Source of the DNA: Albugo candida
Lineage: Eukaryota
Length of the DNA stretch: 64,000 bases
Direction: 5' to 3'
Assembly: GCA_040437565.1 (NCBI GenBank)
Contig: JBDOQK010000009.1
Location: forward strand, 310,001-374,000
In this document: positions 37,420 through 48,844 of the stretch, in pieces
Numbering within the stretch: the first letter of the stretch is position 1
Layout of the letters: the number at the start of each line of letters is the position of its first letter
Program-made: the position numbers and the translations under genes
The notes under the pieces: generated by a model
The model's input: only the letters and a program-made list of their open reading frames with translations
Database searches by the model: none
Told to the model about the DNA's origin: nothing

Positions 37420-38622
37420 ATGTTTAATTCATCTGATTCCATGGTATGGGACATAATCAAGTCTCAGAGTTTACGGTTCGGAATACAAAAGGTGTCAGAC
37501 GATCAGATTGCAATGATATCACATACTCAGAAGGACATAAATTTGCATGGTATATATGAGAATGCAACCATCAAGTCGTTCTCCCACGCTCTTGGATTTA
37601 ACCATACAAATTCAGAATTCACCTCCAGACGAAGAAGGAAAGTATCTGAAGAAGAACGCAAAGCGAAACATCGCGAAGTACAAAGAAGATTCATACAGCG
37701 TAAAAAGGTACCTTCAACAATTCAAATGGCTTTTGCAAATAATTCATAATGCTTTTAGGAAGCGTTGGAGCAAACCAAAGAAATGGTTCGCCTACTAGAA
37801 GCCCAAGTATCATATCTGAAGGTATCGCAAGAAAAAGTTGTTTTAAAGGCCAAAAACGGAGAATTGCAATTATCGGTGGAACATCCGCTGAGATGTCGCG
37901 ACCATTTGAGCGATGCATTGAGAAGAATGGAGGAAGAAATAGAGCTTGTCGTGTGTCATTATGTTCCTCTGCAGTACAAACAAATCCAATATGCTCGAAT
38001 ACAAGCGTTCGCAGAAATATGCCAGATTCTTAGTGATCCAAATTATCAGACAATTGGAACAGCTACATTGGGTTGGGTCGATCGGCGCAAGATGGAAACC
38101 ATAAATGAGACCGCAGTTAAATTTGTTTTTGAAAAAACGTTTGTCAATGTGAGTCCTTTGGAATTATATCAACGCACTTGGAAAAAAATGTGTGATGCGG
38201 CAATCTTGAGAGATTTTTTCTCACCGGCATTGATGCTGAGAAAGCACGTGTTGCAGCAAATTGATGACGATACATTCGTGACGTACCGAGTCATTTACAA
38301 TCGTCAAAATCGCGAAATAACCCGAGCCGTAGAGCTATCCTATCGAACTCAAAAAGGAGACGATTATTATCTCATCACACAAAGTGTAAACGTACCTTCT
38401 CTTACAAAATGTTTGGACAAAAGTTGTCCGTGGTCAAAGATGCTAACTTGGATCAAGTTGTCGCCAATTGCCGAATTGGAAGCAGATGCGTGTCGATTTC
38501 AATACGGTGGGAGACTAGCGAACATCACGGCTGATGGTGCGCGGTATTGGTTGATGGAAATTCTGCTTGTTGTGTTTCGTTATGAGTCTCTAATGATTCG
38601 TCCGCTGTTCTCTCTTCGTTAG
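37420..38622 (+). CDS. Oomycete bZIP-like protein with C-terminal START-like/M96-type domain (intron 37708-37758)
   Basis: Basic region RKAKHREVQRRFIQRKK followed by a leucine heptad; GWVDRR, LYQRTW, VLQQIDDDT motifs of the oomycete M96-like family. Confidence 0.65.
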
Positions 38623-38716
38623 CCATAATCCTGCATTTTTGTGTACTTATAATAACAAACCTGGAACTTTTTAAGATGATACGGTATTTGAGACGTTGAG
38701 ATAACATTGCTACGAC

Positions 38717-40441
38717 ATGAAGACAATGAATTCTGAATCAGATGAAAAGTCTGATTCTCATCATGAGGAATTCGCGTTGGACATTGGCGATGAATTTCTC
38801 GAAGATGAAGAAGAGAATGGATTTGTTGAATGGGAAGAGGAAGAAGGTGAAAAGAGAGAGAAAAATGATCAAAGTATTTGTACGAATGTCGACTGGGATG
38901 CGGTGAATAAATCGCTAGAGCAAGATAGTCAGAAGGGGAAAAGAAAACGAAGGAGGCTTTCAAAAGACGAAAAAAAACGAAATTTACTGCTTCATCAATC
39001 ACACTTGATTCTCTATCTGGCAGCTGCTACAGAATGGCATGCTAATTCTTGCAGTCACAACGTATTACGAGCTCTACTCTCATCTCTTGTGCCCGCTGAC
39101 TTATGGAATCAGAATCAAGCTATTGCTGCCAAATTACATAATTTGTGTCGGTTTTATAATCAACACTTTTCGTTGGTCAAAACAGAACGTAATGTATCCA
39201 GCGACTTGTGCGGTGAAGAGATGTTGTTGCATGCTTTTTCCGAGCGCAAGGCTACAAAAATTGCATTTCATCTATTATTTTTAGTATTATGTCGTAGCAT
39301 TGGATACTACTGCAGGCTTGTGGTAGCATTAGATGCATACCAGATCGATCTCAAAGCATCTGAGGATATCGTACTCAGAGATCCCGAATCAGATACATAC
39401 GCTCCGATAATCTGGATCGAAGTCTGGAATTCTGATACTCATTGGATTTCATGTGATGTGGCAAAAAATATTATCTCAGAACAACATCATCAGGAAATTC
39501 TTTCGAATAGATCAATCTCTTACATTCTCAGTATTGATCAAATCTCGGGGTTTGCAGTTGATGTAACAGCACGCTACGTGCACTCCTGGTCAAAAACCTT
39601 ACAACTTCGCCACGGACACCAATTCATCTCAAAATTAGTGGAGGCGCATAATCAACAGATCTTGGAAACCACGACAAAGTATGCCCCCATTCTCGCTCAA
39701 ATTGAACAAGAAAAGAAAGAGTTGCAGGAATTAGCTGATGCGGAAAGGATGCCGACCAGTATTGAAGGGTTCCGAAGGCACCATCGATATTGTCTAGAGC
39801 GACATCTTGGCCGATTGGAGGTCCTTTATCCTCGTCAAGTAATTGGCATTTTTAAGGGTCAACGTGTATACTTGCGTTGTCATATACAAAAACTTCAATC
39901 AGCACGGCATTGGCTCCGGCAAGGGCGTGTTATCAAGGAGGACGAAAAACTTCAACCATACAAGAAGCTTAATCGTAAAAAAGATACAAGGAACGGATGT
40001 GATGACCATCAACCGAGGGACATTGCACTGTATGGTCGATGGCAAACAGAAGATTTTGCTCCTTCTATCGTTATGGATGGAATACTCCCTAAAAATGAGC
40101 ATGGGAATATCGAATTATGGAGTGATAAACATCTCCCTATCGGTGCGACTCATTTACGCATGCCGCATATCACCGCTGCGGCGTCAAAGCTTGGAATCGA
40201 TTACGCACCCGCGTTGGTCGGTTTTGAGACGAAAAATGGAATCAATTATCCAAAGTTTGATGGTATCATAGTTGCTTTGTCCCATAAACAGCTTCTTATT
40301 GACGCGCATGCACATTTGGAGCAGAGAAAGATTGAGCATGCGATCGAACAGAATCAGAATCTGATACATAAACGATGGAAAAGACTCGTTCAGCGTATGC
40401 TCATTCGAAGTCGTCTGGAAAAAGATTATGGTAAAGTATAA
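38717..40441 (+). CDS. XPC: DNA damage recognition protein XPC/Rad4
   Basis: Transglutaminase-like region (WIEVW, DVTARY) and BHD motifs MPTSIEGFRRHHRYCLERHL, LYGRWQT, LPKNEHGNIE, KLGIDYAPALVGF. Confidence 0.95.
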   Translation: MKTMNSESDEKSDSHHEEFALDIGDEFLEDEEENGFVEWEEEEGEKREKNDQSICTNVDWDAVNKSLEQDSQKGKRKRRRLSKDEKKRNLLLHQSHLILYLAAATEWHANSCSHNVLRALLSSLVPADLWNQNQAIAAKLHNLCRFYNQHFSLVKTERNVSSDLCGEEMLLHAFSERKATKIAFHLLFLVLCRSIGYYCRLVVALDAYQIDLKASEDIVLRDPESDTYAPIIWIEVWNSDTHWISCDVAKNIISEQHHQEILSNRSISYILSIDQISGFAVDVTARYVHSWSKTLQLRHGHQFISKLVEAHNQQILETTTKYAPILAQIEQEKKELQELADAERMPTSIEGFRRHHRYCLERHLGRLEVLYPRQVIGIFKGQRVYLRCHIQKLQSARHWLRQGRVIKEDEKLQPYKKLNRKKDTRNGCDDHQPRDIALYGRWQTEDFAPSIVMDGILPKNEHGNIELWSDKHLPIGATHLRMPHITAAASKLGIDYAPALVGFETKNGINYPKFDGIIVALSHKQLLIDAHAHLEQRKIEHAIEQNQNLIHKRWKRLVQRMLIRSRLEKDYGKV

Positions 40442-41275
40442 TAGATGTGCTCATTCACACTGGAAGTACACTATCTAGTTTGTGGACAAAATATACCAAC
40501 CAATATAGGCTAAAATGCATACAAAAACTTCATTGTCTGTACATCTGCGTGTCGGAACAGTACCTTCACTTTCTTGACACGAACGCAGCAAACTTAGAAT
40601 CATGGGCTTTTTGACTAGNNNNNNNNNNNNNNNNNNNNNNNNNNNNNNNNNNNNNNNNNNNNNNNNNNNNNNNNNNNNNNNNNNNNNNNNNNNNNNNNNN
40701 NNNNNNNNNNNNNNNNNNCTTCTATCGTTATGGATGGAATACTCCCTAAAAATGAGCATGGGAATATCGAATTATGGAGTGATAAACATCTCCCTATCGG
40801 TGCGACTCATTTACGCATGCCGCATATCACCGCTGCGGCGTCAAAGCTTGGAATCGATTACGCACCCGCGTTGGTCGGTTTTGAGACGAAAAATGGAATC
40901 AATTATCCAAAGTTTGATGGTATCATAGTTGCTTTGTCCCATAAACAGCTTCTTATTGACGCGCATGCACATTTGGAGCAGAGAAAGATTGAGCATGCGA
41001 TCGAACAGAATCAGAATCTGATACATAAACGATGGAAAAGACTCGTTCAGCGTATGCTCATTCGAAGTCGTCTGGAAAAAGATTATGGTAAAGTATAATA
41101 GATGTGCTCATTCACACTGGAAGTACACTATCTAGTTTGTGGACAAAATATACCAACCAATATAGGCTAAAATGCATACAAAAACTTCATTGTCTGTACA
41201 TCTGCGTGTCGGAACAGTACCTTCACTTTCTTGACACGAACGCAGCAAACTTAGAATCATGGGCTTTTTGACTAG
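40062..41275. repeat. Identical duplicate across an N gap (40062-40618 = 40719-41275), assembly artefact creating a false XPC fragment
   Basis: Identical sequence on both sides of a 100-N gap. Confidence 0.9.
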
Positions 41276-41299
41276 AATAAAATACTTCGAAGTCTCGTA

Positions 41300-41800
41300 A
41301 ATAACACTTTCAATTACTTGGAAGTCGACTCCATGGGCGCAGCCGACGCGAATGTTGTCCACCTGCAAACGTTTTGGACAGATACCAAGCAAGTATCACT
41401 GTCCAGGCTATAAGGAGCTGGCTGTGGTATAGTGTAGCCGGCTCGATGGGATGCTCAATTTTATACGTAGAGAACACTCATCTACATATCGTGTTAGCAC
41501 TATAAGCACAAATTTACAGATTGTATTACTAAACTAACAGAATGTTCGCTGTCTATACTTTCTTCAATATATTTGAACAGCTGTTCATGCAAGAGATATT
41601 CAACGTAAACAATTGCTTGGATGTGTACGTAAACGTTTTTCACACGTTCTCCGAAGTAATACGCTGATTGGCTAGAGCTTTTTAGGGGGGCAGAGCCACA
41701 CACTTGATTACTCTTTTCACTCACTCGGCATCCTATTACTCCGTTAGAATTTGACACCCTTGATACAGTTCGGATTCGCATTACAACAGCTGGAAGCACA
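41300..41800 (-). mobile_element. Possible Gypsy LTR-retrotransposon integrase remnant
   Basis: Frameshifted fragments EYLLHEQLFKY, HDM*MSVLY and SAAPMES-LP resemble the integrase zinc-binding region. Highly decayed. Confidence 0.35.
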
Positions 41801-42084
41801 GTTAGTTACAAGTAGGGGGTTACATCCTGATGCGAGAACGATTCTTTTATATCCATAATCAAGTATATGTATTACTTTGTTCTCTTCTGAGTGACATGTT
41901 TACGCTTTATTCCACCGGGTTGTATCCATTCACGCCTATAGAAACCTAAGTATTTAGCTCTCAGCCCCTAAACCACAGCAGACCCGTCATACTTGTTCCG
42001 TCTTTCTTCTCGTTTACCAGCGGCTATTTTCTCATAGTGTCGTCAGTTGATGTAGAGGCGAGGTCGTCGTCATCTAAGTGCACA

Positions 42085-43607
42085 ATGCGACGGACTTCCC
42101 ATATCTCTAAATCCTTCAAAACGCACACTTCGCTTAAAACTACACGTTTTTATTTGCCAACGCCCTCAATGAAGCCCGTAACTGAGTCTCACGATTCCGA
42201 ACGTAACGGGATCCATGATGTCCGACAGAGCGTTTTTGCCGAATTCGCTCAATACGCGCTTGATTATAACACTGTGAATCTCGGCCAGGGCTTTCCCTCT
42301 TTCAAAACACCAGAGTATGCTTACTGCACTTTACTCTTCCTTTGAATATACCATTTATTCCTCGCATAGATTCATCAAACAAGCCGCCATCGAAGCGATC
42401 AATGAGGACTACAACCAGTACTCGCGACCAGGAGGTCACCCGACGTTCGTTCAAGCGATTGCGAAGCTCTATTCTCCGTTTTTGGAACGCGATATTGATT
42501 GTATGACTGAGATTGTCACATTAAGCGGAGCACAAGGAGGCATAACAGCTATTGTATCGGCTCTTATGAATCGAGTACGCAGAATGCTGATCGAGTTACA
42601 CAAAGCATCATAACTTATTATTTGTGTAGGGGGATACAGTGGCCATTTTTGAGCCATACTTTGAGTCTTATGCTAGGATTGCGACCATGTTCGGCCTTAA
42701 GACTGTTGGAATTCCCTTCGAGACTGCTGTTCCTCGCGATCAAATAAGAACATCTGGCGACTACCATGTGAATCCAGAGAAGTTGGATAGTATCCTTGCC
42801 CGGGAAAATGTCAAAGCACTGATACTCAACACTCCACATAATCCCCTCGGAAAGGTTTTCACGCGAAAAGAACTGAAAGAAATCGTCCGCGTGCTTGAAA
42901 AATATCCCGATGTTTTGGTCATTTCCGATGAAGTGTACGAGTTTATGTGTTATGATGGTCGAAAACATGAGCGAATTGCAACCATGTCAAACATGTTTGA
43001 TCGTACGATTTCACTATTTAGTGCCGGGAAAACGTTTTCTTGCACTGGGTGGCGTATAGGTTACGCTATAGCCCCACAGCATTTGGCTCAAACACTTCGT
43101 GAAGCGCAAATTCTATTGACATTTTGTGCTGCCACACCATTGGAGATCGCTGTGGCCAAATCCATGGAGCTAGCACCTAAGCTTGACTTCTTTGATGAGC
43201 AAGCTAAAGAGCTACAATCAATGCGGGATCAACTGTATCAAGCTCTTGATGAGGCAGGATGGCATCCGATTCTTCCGGAAGGTGGATATTTCATCTGCTG
43301 TGATATTTCAAAGCATGAAATGTTTCAGAAATATGCGGATACGCCAGTTGACAAGTCAATGCCATACAGTGTACGTTCAAGCACCTTATCGATGCCGATT
43401 AGTGACTTGTTTTTTGTATGGTAGCAATATCCGGACTACCAGTTTGCTCTCGATTTATGTCAAAAACACAAATTGTCGACGATTCCAATGTCGGGTTTCT
43501 ATGCAAACGCGGACAGTGTGACTGAGACGGGGATGATCCGATTGGCTTTTTGCAAAGACAAAGCGACATTGGATGCGGCGATAAGTATTATTCGTCAGAT
43601 CAAATAA
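42085..43607 (+). CDS. Kynurenine-oxoglutarate (class I) aminotransferase; exons 42085-42314, 42370-42574, 42630-43370, 43425-43607
   Basis: VNLGQGFP, NQYSRPGGHP, ILNTPHNPLGKVF, ISDEVY, SAGKTFSCTGWRIGY (PLP lysine), IRLAFCK. The basic N-terminus may be a mitochondrial presequence. Confidence 0.93.
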
Positions 43608-43940
43608 TACAAAAGTCTTTTTTTCGTTTCTACACATTTAAAGCCTAAAGTACATCTTTCAAACGTACACACACGTAAGCTGTCGAATCAAAAAATACGT
43701 ATTCAGAGCGGAGATATGTGTGAGGAGAGACACAAGGCCGCCCATACGTTCGAAATATCCGTTTCTCATACTGAACCTTCTGCGCTACGCTCATCGCACC
43801 TTCTGTTATGCAACGTTTCTCATTTCAGTTATGTGAATTGNNNNNNNNNNNNNNNNNNNNNNNNNNNNNNNNNNNNNNNNNNNNNNNNNNNNNNNNNNNN
43901 NNNNNNNNNNNNNNNNNNNNNNNNNNNNNNNNNNNNNNNN

Positions 43941-46900
43941 TTGCTCTCTCCTGTCACATACAACTGCATGCACCTCTAAAGAACAACAGTCAAAGGAAAA
44001 AAAGCAATGGGCATGCACAATGTGTACTTTTCTCAATGCAAAGACTTCATCCAAATGCGAAATTTGCGCTCATTCCATTTCATCTATTCCCGCAAAGAAA
44101 ACGAGTCAGTCCACAATTTCATTTAACACGCAACAGACTGAAAAACCGGTCATTCTCAAGTCACAAGGCGCTGATCCCATAGCCAAATGCAAATATTACT
44201 TTACGAATGAAGAGTGTAAGGCCACGCTTTCTATTGACACACAGGCTAGTAAAACACTGATTTTTCCAAGCAACTACCAGATCCGTGAATATCAAGTAAA
44301 AATCGCTGAAAAAGCGATGTATCATAACACATTGGTCTCCTTACCAACTGGACTGGGAAAGACGTTAATTGCGTCAGTTGTGATGCACAACTTTTATCGA
44401 TGGTTTCCAAATGGTAAAGTGATCTTTTTAGCGCCTACAAAGCCGCTTGTGACACAGCAAATTCAAGCGTGTTATGAGGTAACCGGTCTCCCATTGGATC
44501 AAACCGCTGAAATACAAGGAAATGTGCCGAAAGAAAGTCGAAGAAAGTGGTGGAAGCAAAAACGAATTTTTTTCTGTACGCCTCAGTCATTCACAAATGA
44601 CGTGAAAGAAGGCATTTTCAAGGATGCGCATCAGACAGTCTGCTTGATCATCGATGAAGCCCATCGTGCACGAGGAAATTATGCCTATTGTATGGCGATA
44701 CAAGAGCTCAAGCGACGTACGCAATGGTTTCGCATTGTGGCGTTATCAGCAACTCCTGGATCAAAGGTCGAATTGATTCAAGAAATCATTACGAATTTAC
44801 AAATCTCACACATTGAAGCACGAACAATGGACGATTCCGATGTGAAGAAATATATGTTTGAGCGGAGAGAAGAGATTATAAAGTGTCCTGTTAGTGAAGA
44901 AATTAAATTAATTGGGAACTTAATTGATCGAGTATTAGACAAATTACTACGTCGTCTCGGTCAATATGGCGTCTTACAAGCTGGAAGCTCGGAGAAATTG
45001 ACACAATTTTATCTTTTGCAAGCTCGCGATCATTTTCGGAATACGAAGAAAAATCAGTACCAATCGCATCAGATTCATATAATTGAAGGCGATTTTGGAC
45101 TTTTATTGAGTTGGGTTCATGCGAGGAAATTATTGCTGGTCCATGGGATCAAGCCATGCACTGGGTACATTGAGGTCTGGAGACAAGACACCAAGCGCAT
45201 TACATGGTCCAAACGAGATTTATTGGAATCAAACGAATTCAAATGCTTGCTGGAATACCTGGAATCTATGACGTCCAACGGTGATCTTCCCCAGGACCAT
45301 TCAAAGCTTGATGTACTATGCAATACGTTGGAGAAGCATTTCACGCAAGCGAAAAAAGAGACAAAAGCCATTGTATTCACACAATATCGAGCAAGTGTTG
45401 ACATCATCCAAAATCGCTTATCTCAATCTATTTCCATTCGAGCCGAACGCTTTATCGGCCAAAGTAGTGTCACCTCTTCATGTTTCAACACAAAAATGGT
45501 TGAAAATCAGCGCGGTCAAACACAAAAACTACAGCAAGAAATCATCACAAATTTCAAAGCTGGGAAAATCAATGTACTGGTGGCTACGTGTATAGCTGAA
45601 GAAGGCCTGGATATTGGGCAAGTGGATCTGATTGTTCTGTATGACACCGTCACGTCTCCCGTTCGACTGATACAGCGCATGGGACGAACGGGTAGGAAGC
45701 GGATCGGTAATGTGGTGATTCTTGTCACTGAGGGAGATGAAGAGAAAAAACTACAGAGAAGTCTATCGAATGCTCGTAGTATCACCAAAGCATTGACAAC
45801 AAATGCTCTGAAAAATAAATTGAGATTTGCAAAATGTCCACGAATGCTCCCAGAATCTGTCACACCGCAATTGATTTTCTCAAAAGTTTGCGTCGATACA
45901 TTCGATCCTTCTCGTGTTGCTGGAATTTACACGAAAATCAAACACAATTCCCTTAGCGATGATATAGTGAAACAAAGCTGGCGTCTGACAGAGTCGCAAA
46001 GACTGGAGCTTGTAAGGTTCAAATCGTCTTCCTTTGCCGAATTGCCTCGCGACTTTTCTTTCATTTCTTGGCCGAAATCACGGACGATGCATTCATCAAC
46101 AACTTGGAGCCTGTCAGAATTGGGAGTGACATCCAAGCGATCAAAAGCTTTCATGGAAATCGTAACATCTATTCGAAAGTTGGAAAGCACAGATTTCGCG
46201 GAGCTCAAAATCCAAAAGCCTTTGATTTTGGAAAAGTTGTACATTTCTCAAATCGATGCGTCTGTGGCCGAGGAAGCGCTTTTAGAGACGTCTTTCAGCC
46301 CCAGCAGCGAGACGTACTCAAATCAAGACTCGAGCTTGGTGGATCAAATTTCTGACACGAATCCAAGTACGCAATGCCAATTACCAGCAGAGTTACTCGA
46401 TACTGGTGACCAAATGTTGCGAGAATTGGAGGCGAAAATCTCAAAAACAATGTGTTCGGAGTCGACTGAAGTCGAAGGATCAAGAGAGATGGATTTTTCG
46501 ATTCCGAAGATTCCATTGCCATCGACTGCGATGAAAACACATACTTCAAATGCTAACAATATTGTACCCTACTTTGCTGAATTCTCAGAGCCCGAAATGG
46601 AGGCCACAAAAGAAGTCGCATTGACGTCAGTCCACGACGATACACGCGCACGGAGCTCAGCGAACGATGTACAGGAGCTTGGAATTCAACAAAAAGAAGA
46701 CGATGTGGCTTGCTTGATTTGCTGTACAACGGAATCCCATGACGAGAATTTGATTGTATATTGCGATGGTTGTGACATCACGGTCCATCAAGATTGCTAC
46801 GGAATTCAATCATTGACAGAAAAGTGGTTTTGTGACGTATGTCGATGGAACAATTGTGAGAAGAAGTCCTCTATATCGTGTGCGCTTTGTCCAGTACGAA

Positions 46901-48844
46901 AAGGAGCTTACAAACGCACGGAATGTGGTCAATGGGTACATGTTCAGTGTTTCTTATGGATCCCAGAACTCCAGCTTAAATGTGCTACTGCTTGTGCTTT
47001 CGAATTGGGGAGTTTGGACGCATTAGACCCAGATCGTTCCCAATTGCGTTGTGAGCTATGTCACTCCATGAAAGGAAGCGGTGTCATTCAATGTGCCTCG
47101 CCTTCATGCCTCGCTGCCTTTCACGCAACTTGTGCTTCCTTGGCAGAGACGTATATGCTCCATCAATCGTCAACCTGGCAAGCCACAGGTGAAAGTGTCG
47201 ATTTTATTGCATATTGTCCGCTCCACATACTTCGACAAGAGACATTATCTCCGAGTAGGAAAAGTGCATGTGACCAAATACTGTCACCGAGCATGTTACT
47301 ATCGACTCCATCTCAAACTCGGACACGCCGCTTCCGCCGACTAAAGCGAAAACGAGCCTCCGTGTCGAAAGCCATTGGACATTGTGCGTCGAAAGTACGT
47401 CGTGAGAATGTACAGCTCGCTGCTCAACTTTTTGTGGAAGAGGACGCTGAAGTTGTGGACGCTAGTGAGGAAGATGAATATCGAAGCGATTTGAGTCAGA
47501 TTTCGACGGATTCCTTTATCAACGATTCGTCCCAACTTGTGTACTCGCAAAGTGTCGCTCAGTCAAATTCGAGGAAATCAGATGATCGCATGCGTGCGAT
47601 CTACGCGCAATCTATCATGGAGTCACCAGAGCTTTTCAAGTTTGATGATTTAAAGACGAAGACGGGGATTCGAGCTCCAAGAGGAAAGGCTTTACGAGGC
47701 TTGCCGGCAAACGGAGTGATTCGATCGTGCTTGAAACGATTGTATCAAGACCAAAGTGATGAGTGTCAGCTTTCTACGAGCATCGGTGAAGAATCTGATT
47801 CAGAAGTAGAGCCTGAACATGAGATTACTCCGTCTCTTTCTATTTCGGAAATGCAAGAGAATGGGACGCAAAAAGAGGATGAAGGAGCAATGGAGGCTTC
47901 GATACGATGTTTTGATAAGAATTTGCACTTTTCGGACAGCTCTGATGCTCAACGACAAATCCCACTAGAAGAAGACGAGAAACCACCTGAACCCCATCCG
48001 GTAGCACTCGATCAGCTTCACGATAAGACGGAGAGCGATTGTTGCAAGTCACAAGCAACAAATCAAAACTTTGTGTCTGGCGATTCGGACACATCGAATG
48101 TCTCAAAATGCACAATCTTTATCAGCCACCAATTTGCTTCCATACACAAACAATTGTACAAGTCAATTCAGCACGAGAGTCACATCATTACAAAGCCTCT
48201 GGACGCCGATATACTTTTGAGTCTTGGAGTCGCGGTCGTTTGTCTAATGTCGAGTCCAATTGCCCAATGCGTCGAAGGAAAAAGATTACTTGCGTTGGCG
48301 ACAATCCATCAGCGACTGATTGTCCTTTTCTACAGCTTGGAATCACCGGATTGTAACACTCTTGAGCAAGATCCTTTCTCGATTTTGCAACACGCATGTG
48401 AGCAGAAGGAATTGGAGACGCTCAAGAAATGCGCTAATCTCGAAGTTCAGCTTCATCATGGCATTCCAGGGGCGATCAAGTCGATGATCATGTGTGCGAG
48501 GTACGATCCTTGTCATCCTTTTACGAGACATTCGATGTTATCCTTTTGCTGATAGGAGAGAGGCGGAATCGGGATTTCCACTGTCAATTTTGGTATCAGA
48601 TAAGCTCGGAAATCATCTCACAGCTGCGACAGTAAATGAAGAATTTCGAAAACGATATCACTTTTTCTTGTCATGCCATGAAATATCAGTAAATGGAGCA
48701 ATTTCACTGTCCTTCCGATTCAAATCCTTCAAAGTTGAAAAGATCCCAGTGCAAAAATTCAACTCGAACCACTGGCGACGAATGCTTCCCAACCTTTCTT
48801 TGGCAGCGGCGAATGCTATCGTTGCTCATTTTTGCGATAAATAG
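43941..48844 (+). CDS. FANCM: FANCM/Mph1-family DEAH helicase with N-terminal RanBP2-type finger and internal PHD-Zn-knuckle-PHD; start lies in or upstream of the gap; last intron 48501-48555
   Basis: IREYQ, LPTGLGKT, LAPTKPLVTQQ, IDEAH, LSATPG, VATCIAEEGLDI, IQRMGRTGRKR; FVEEDAEV...DSFIND...MRAIY motif of FANCM; CLIC..IVYCDGCDITVHQDCYGI..WFCDVC and CALCP..GAYKRT..WVHVQC. Confidence 0.93.

Noticed and set aside
40730-41098. Second XPC C-terminal ORF
   Set aside because: Identical copy across a 100-N gap; unmerged contig overlap.
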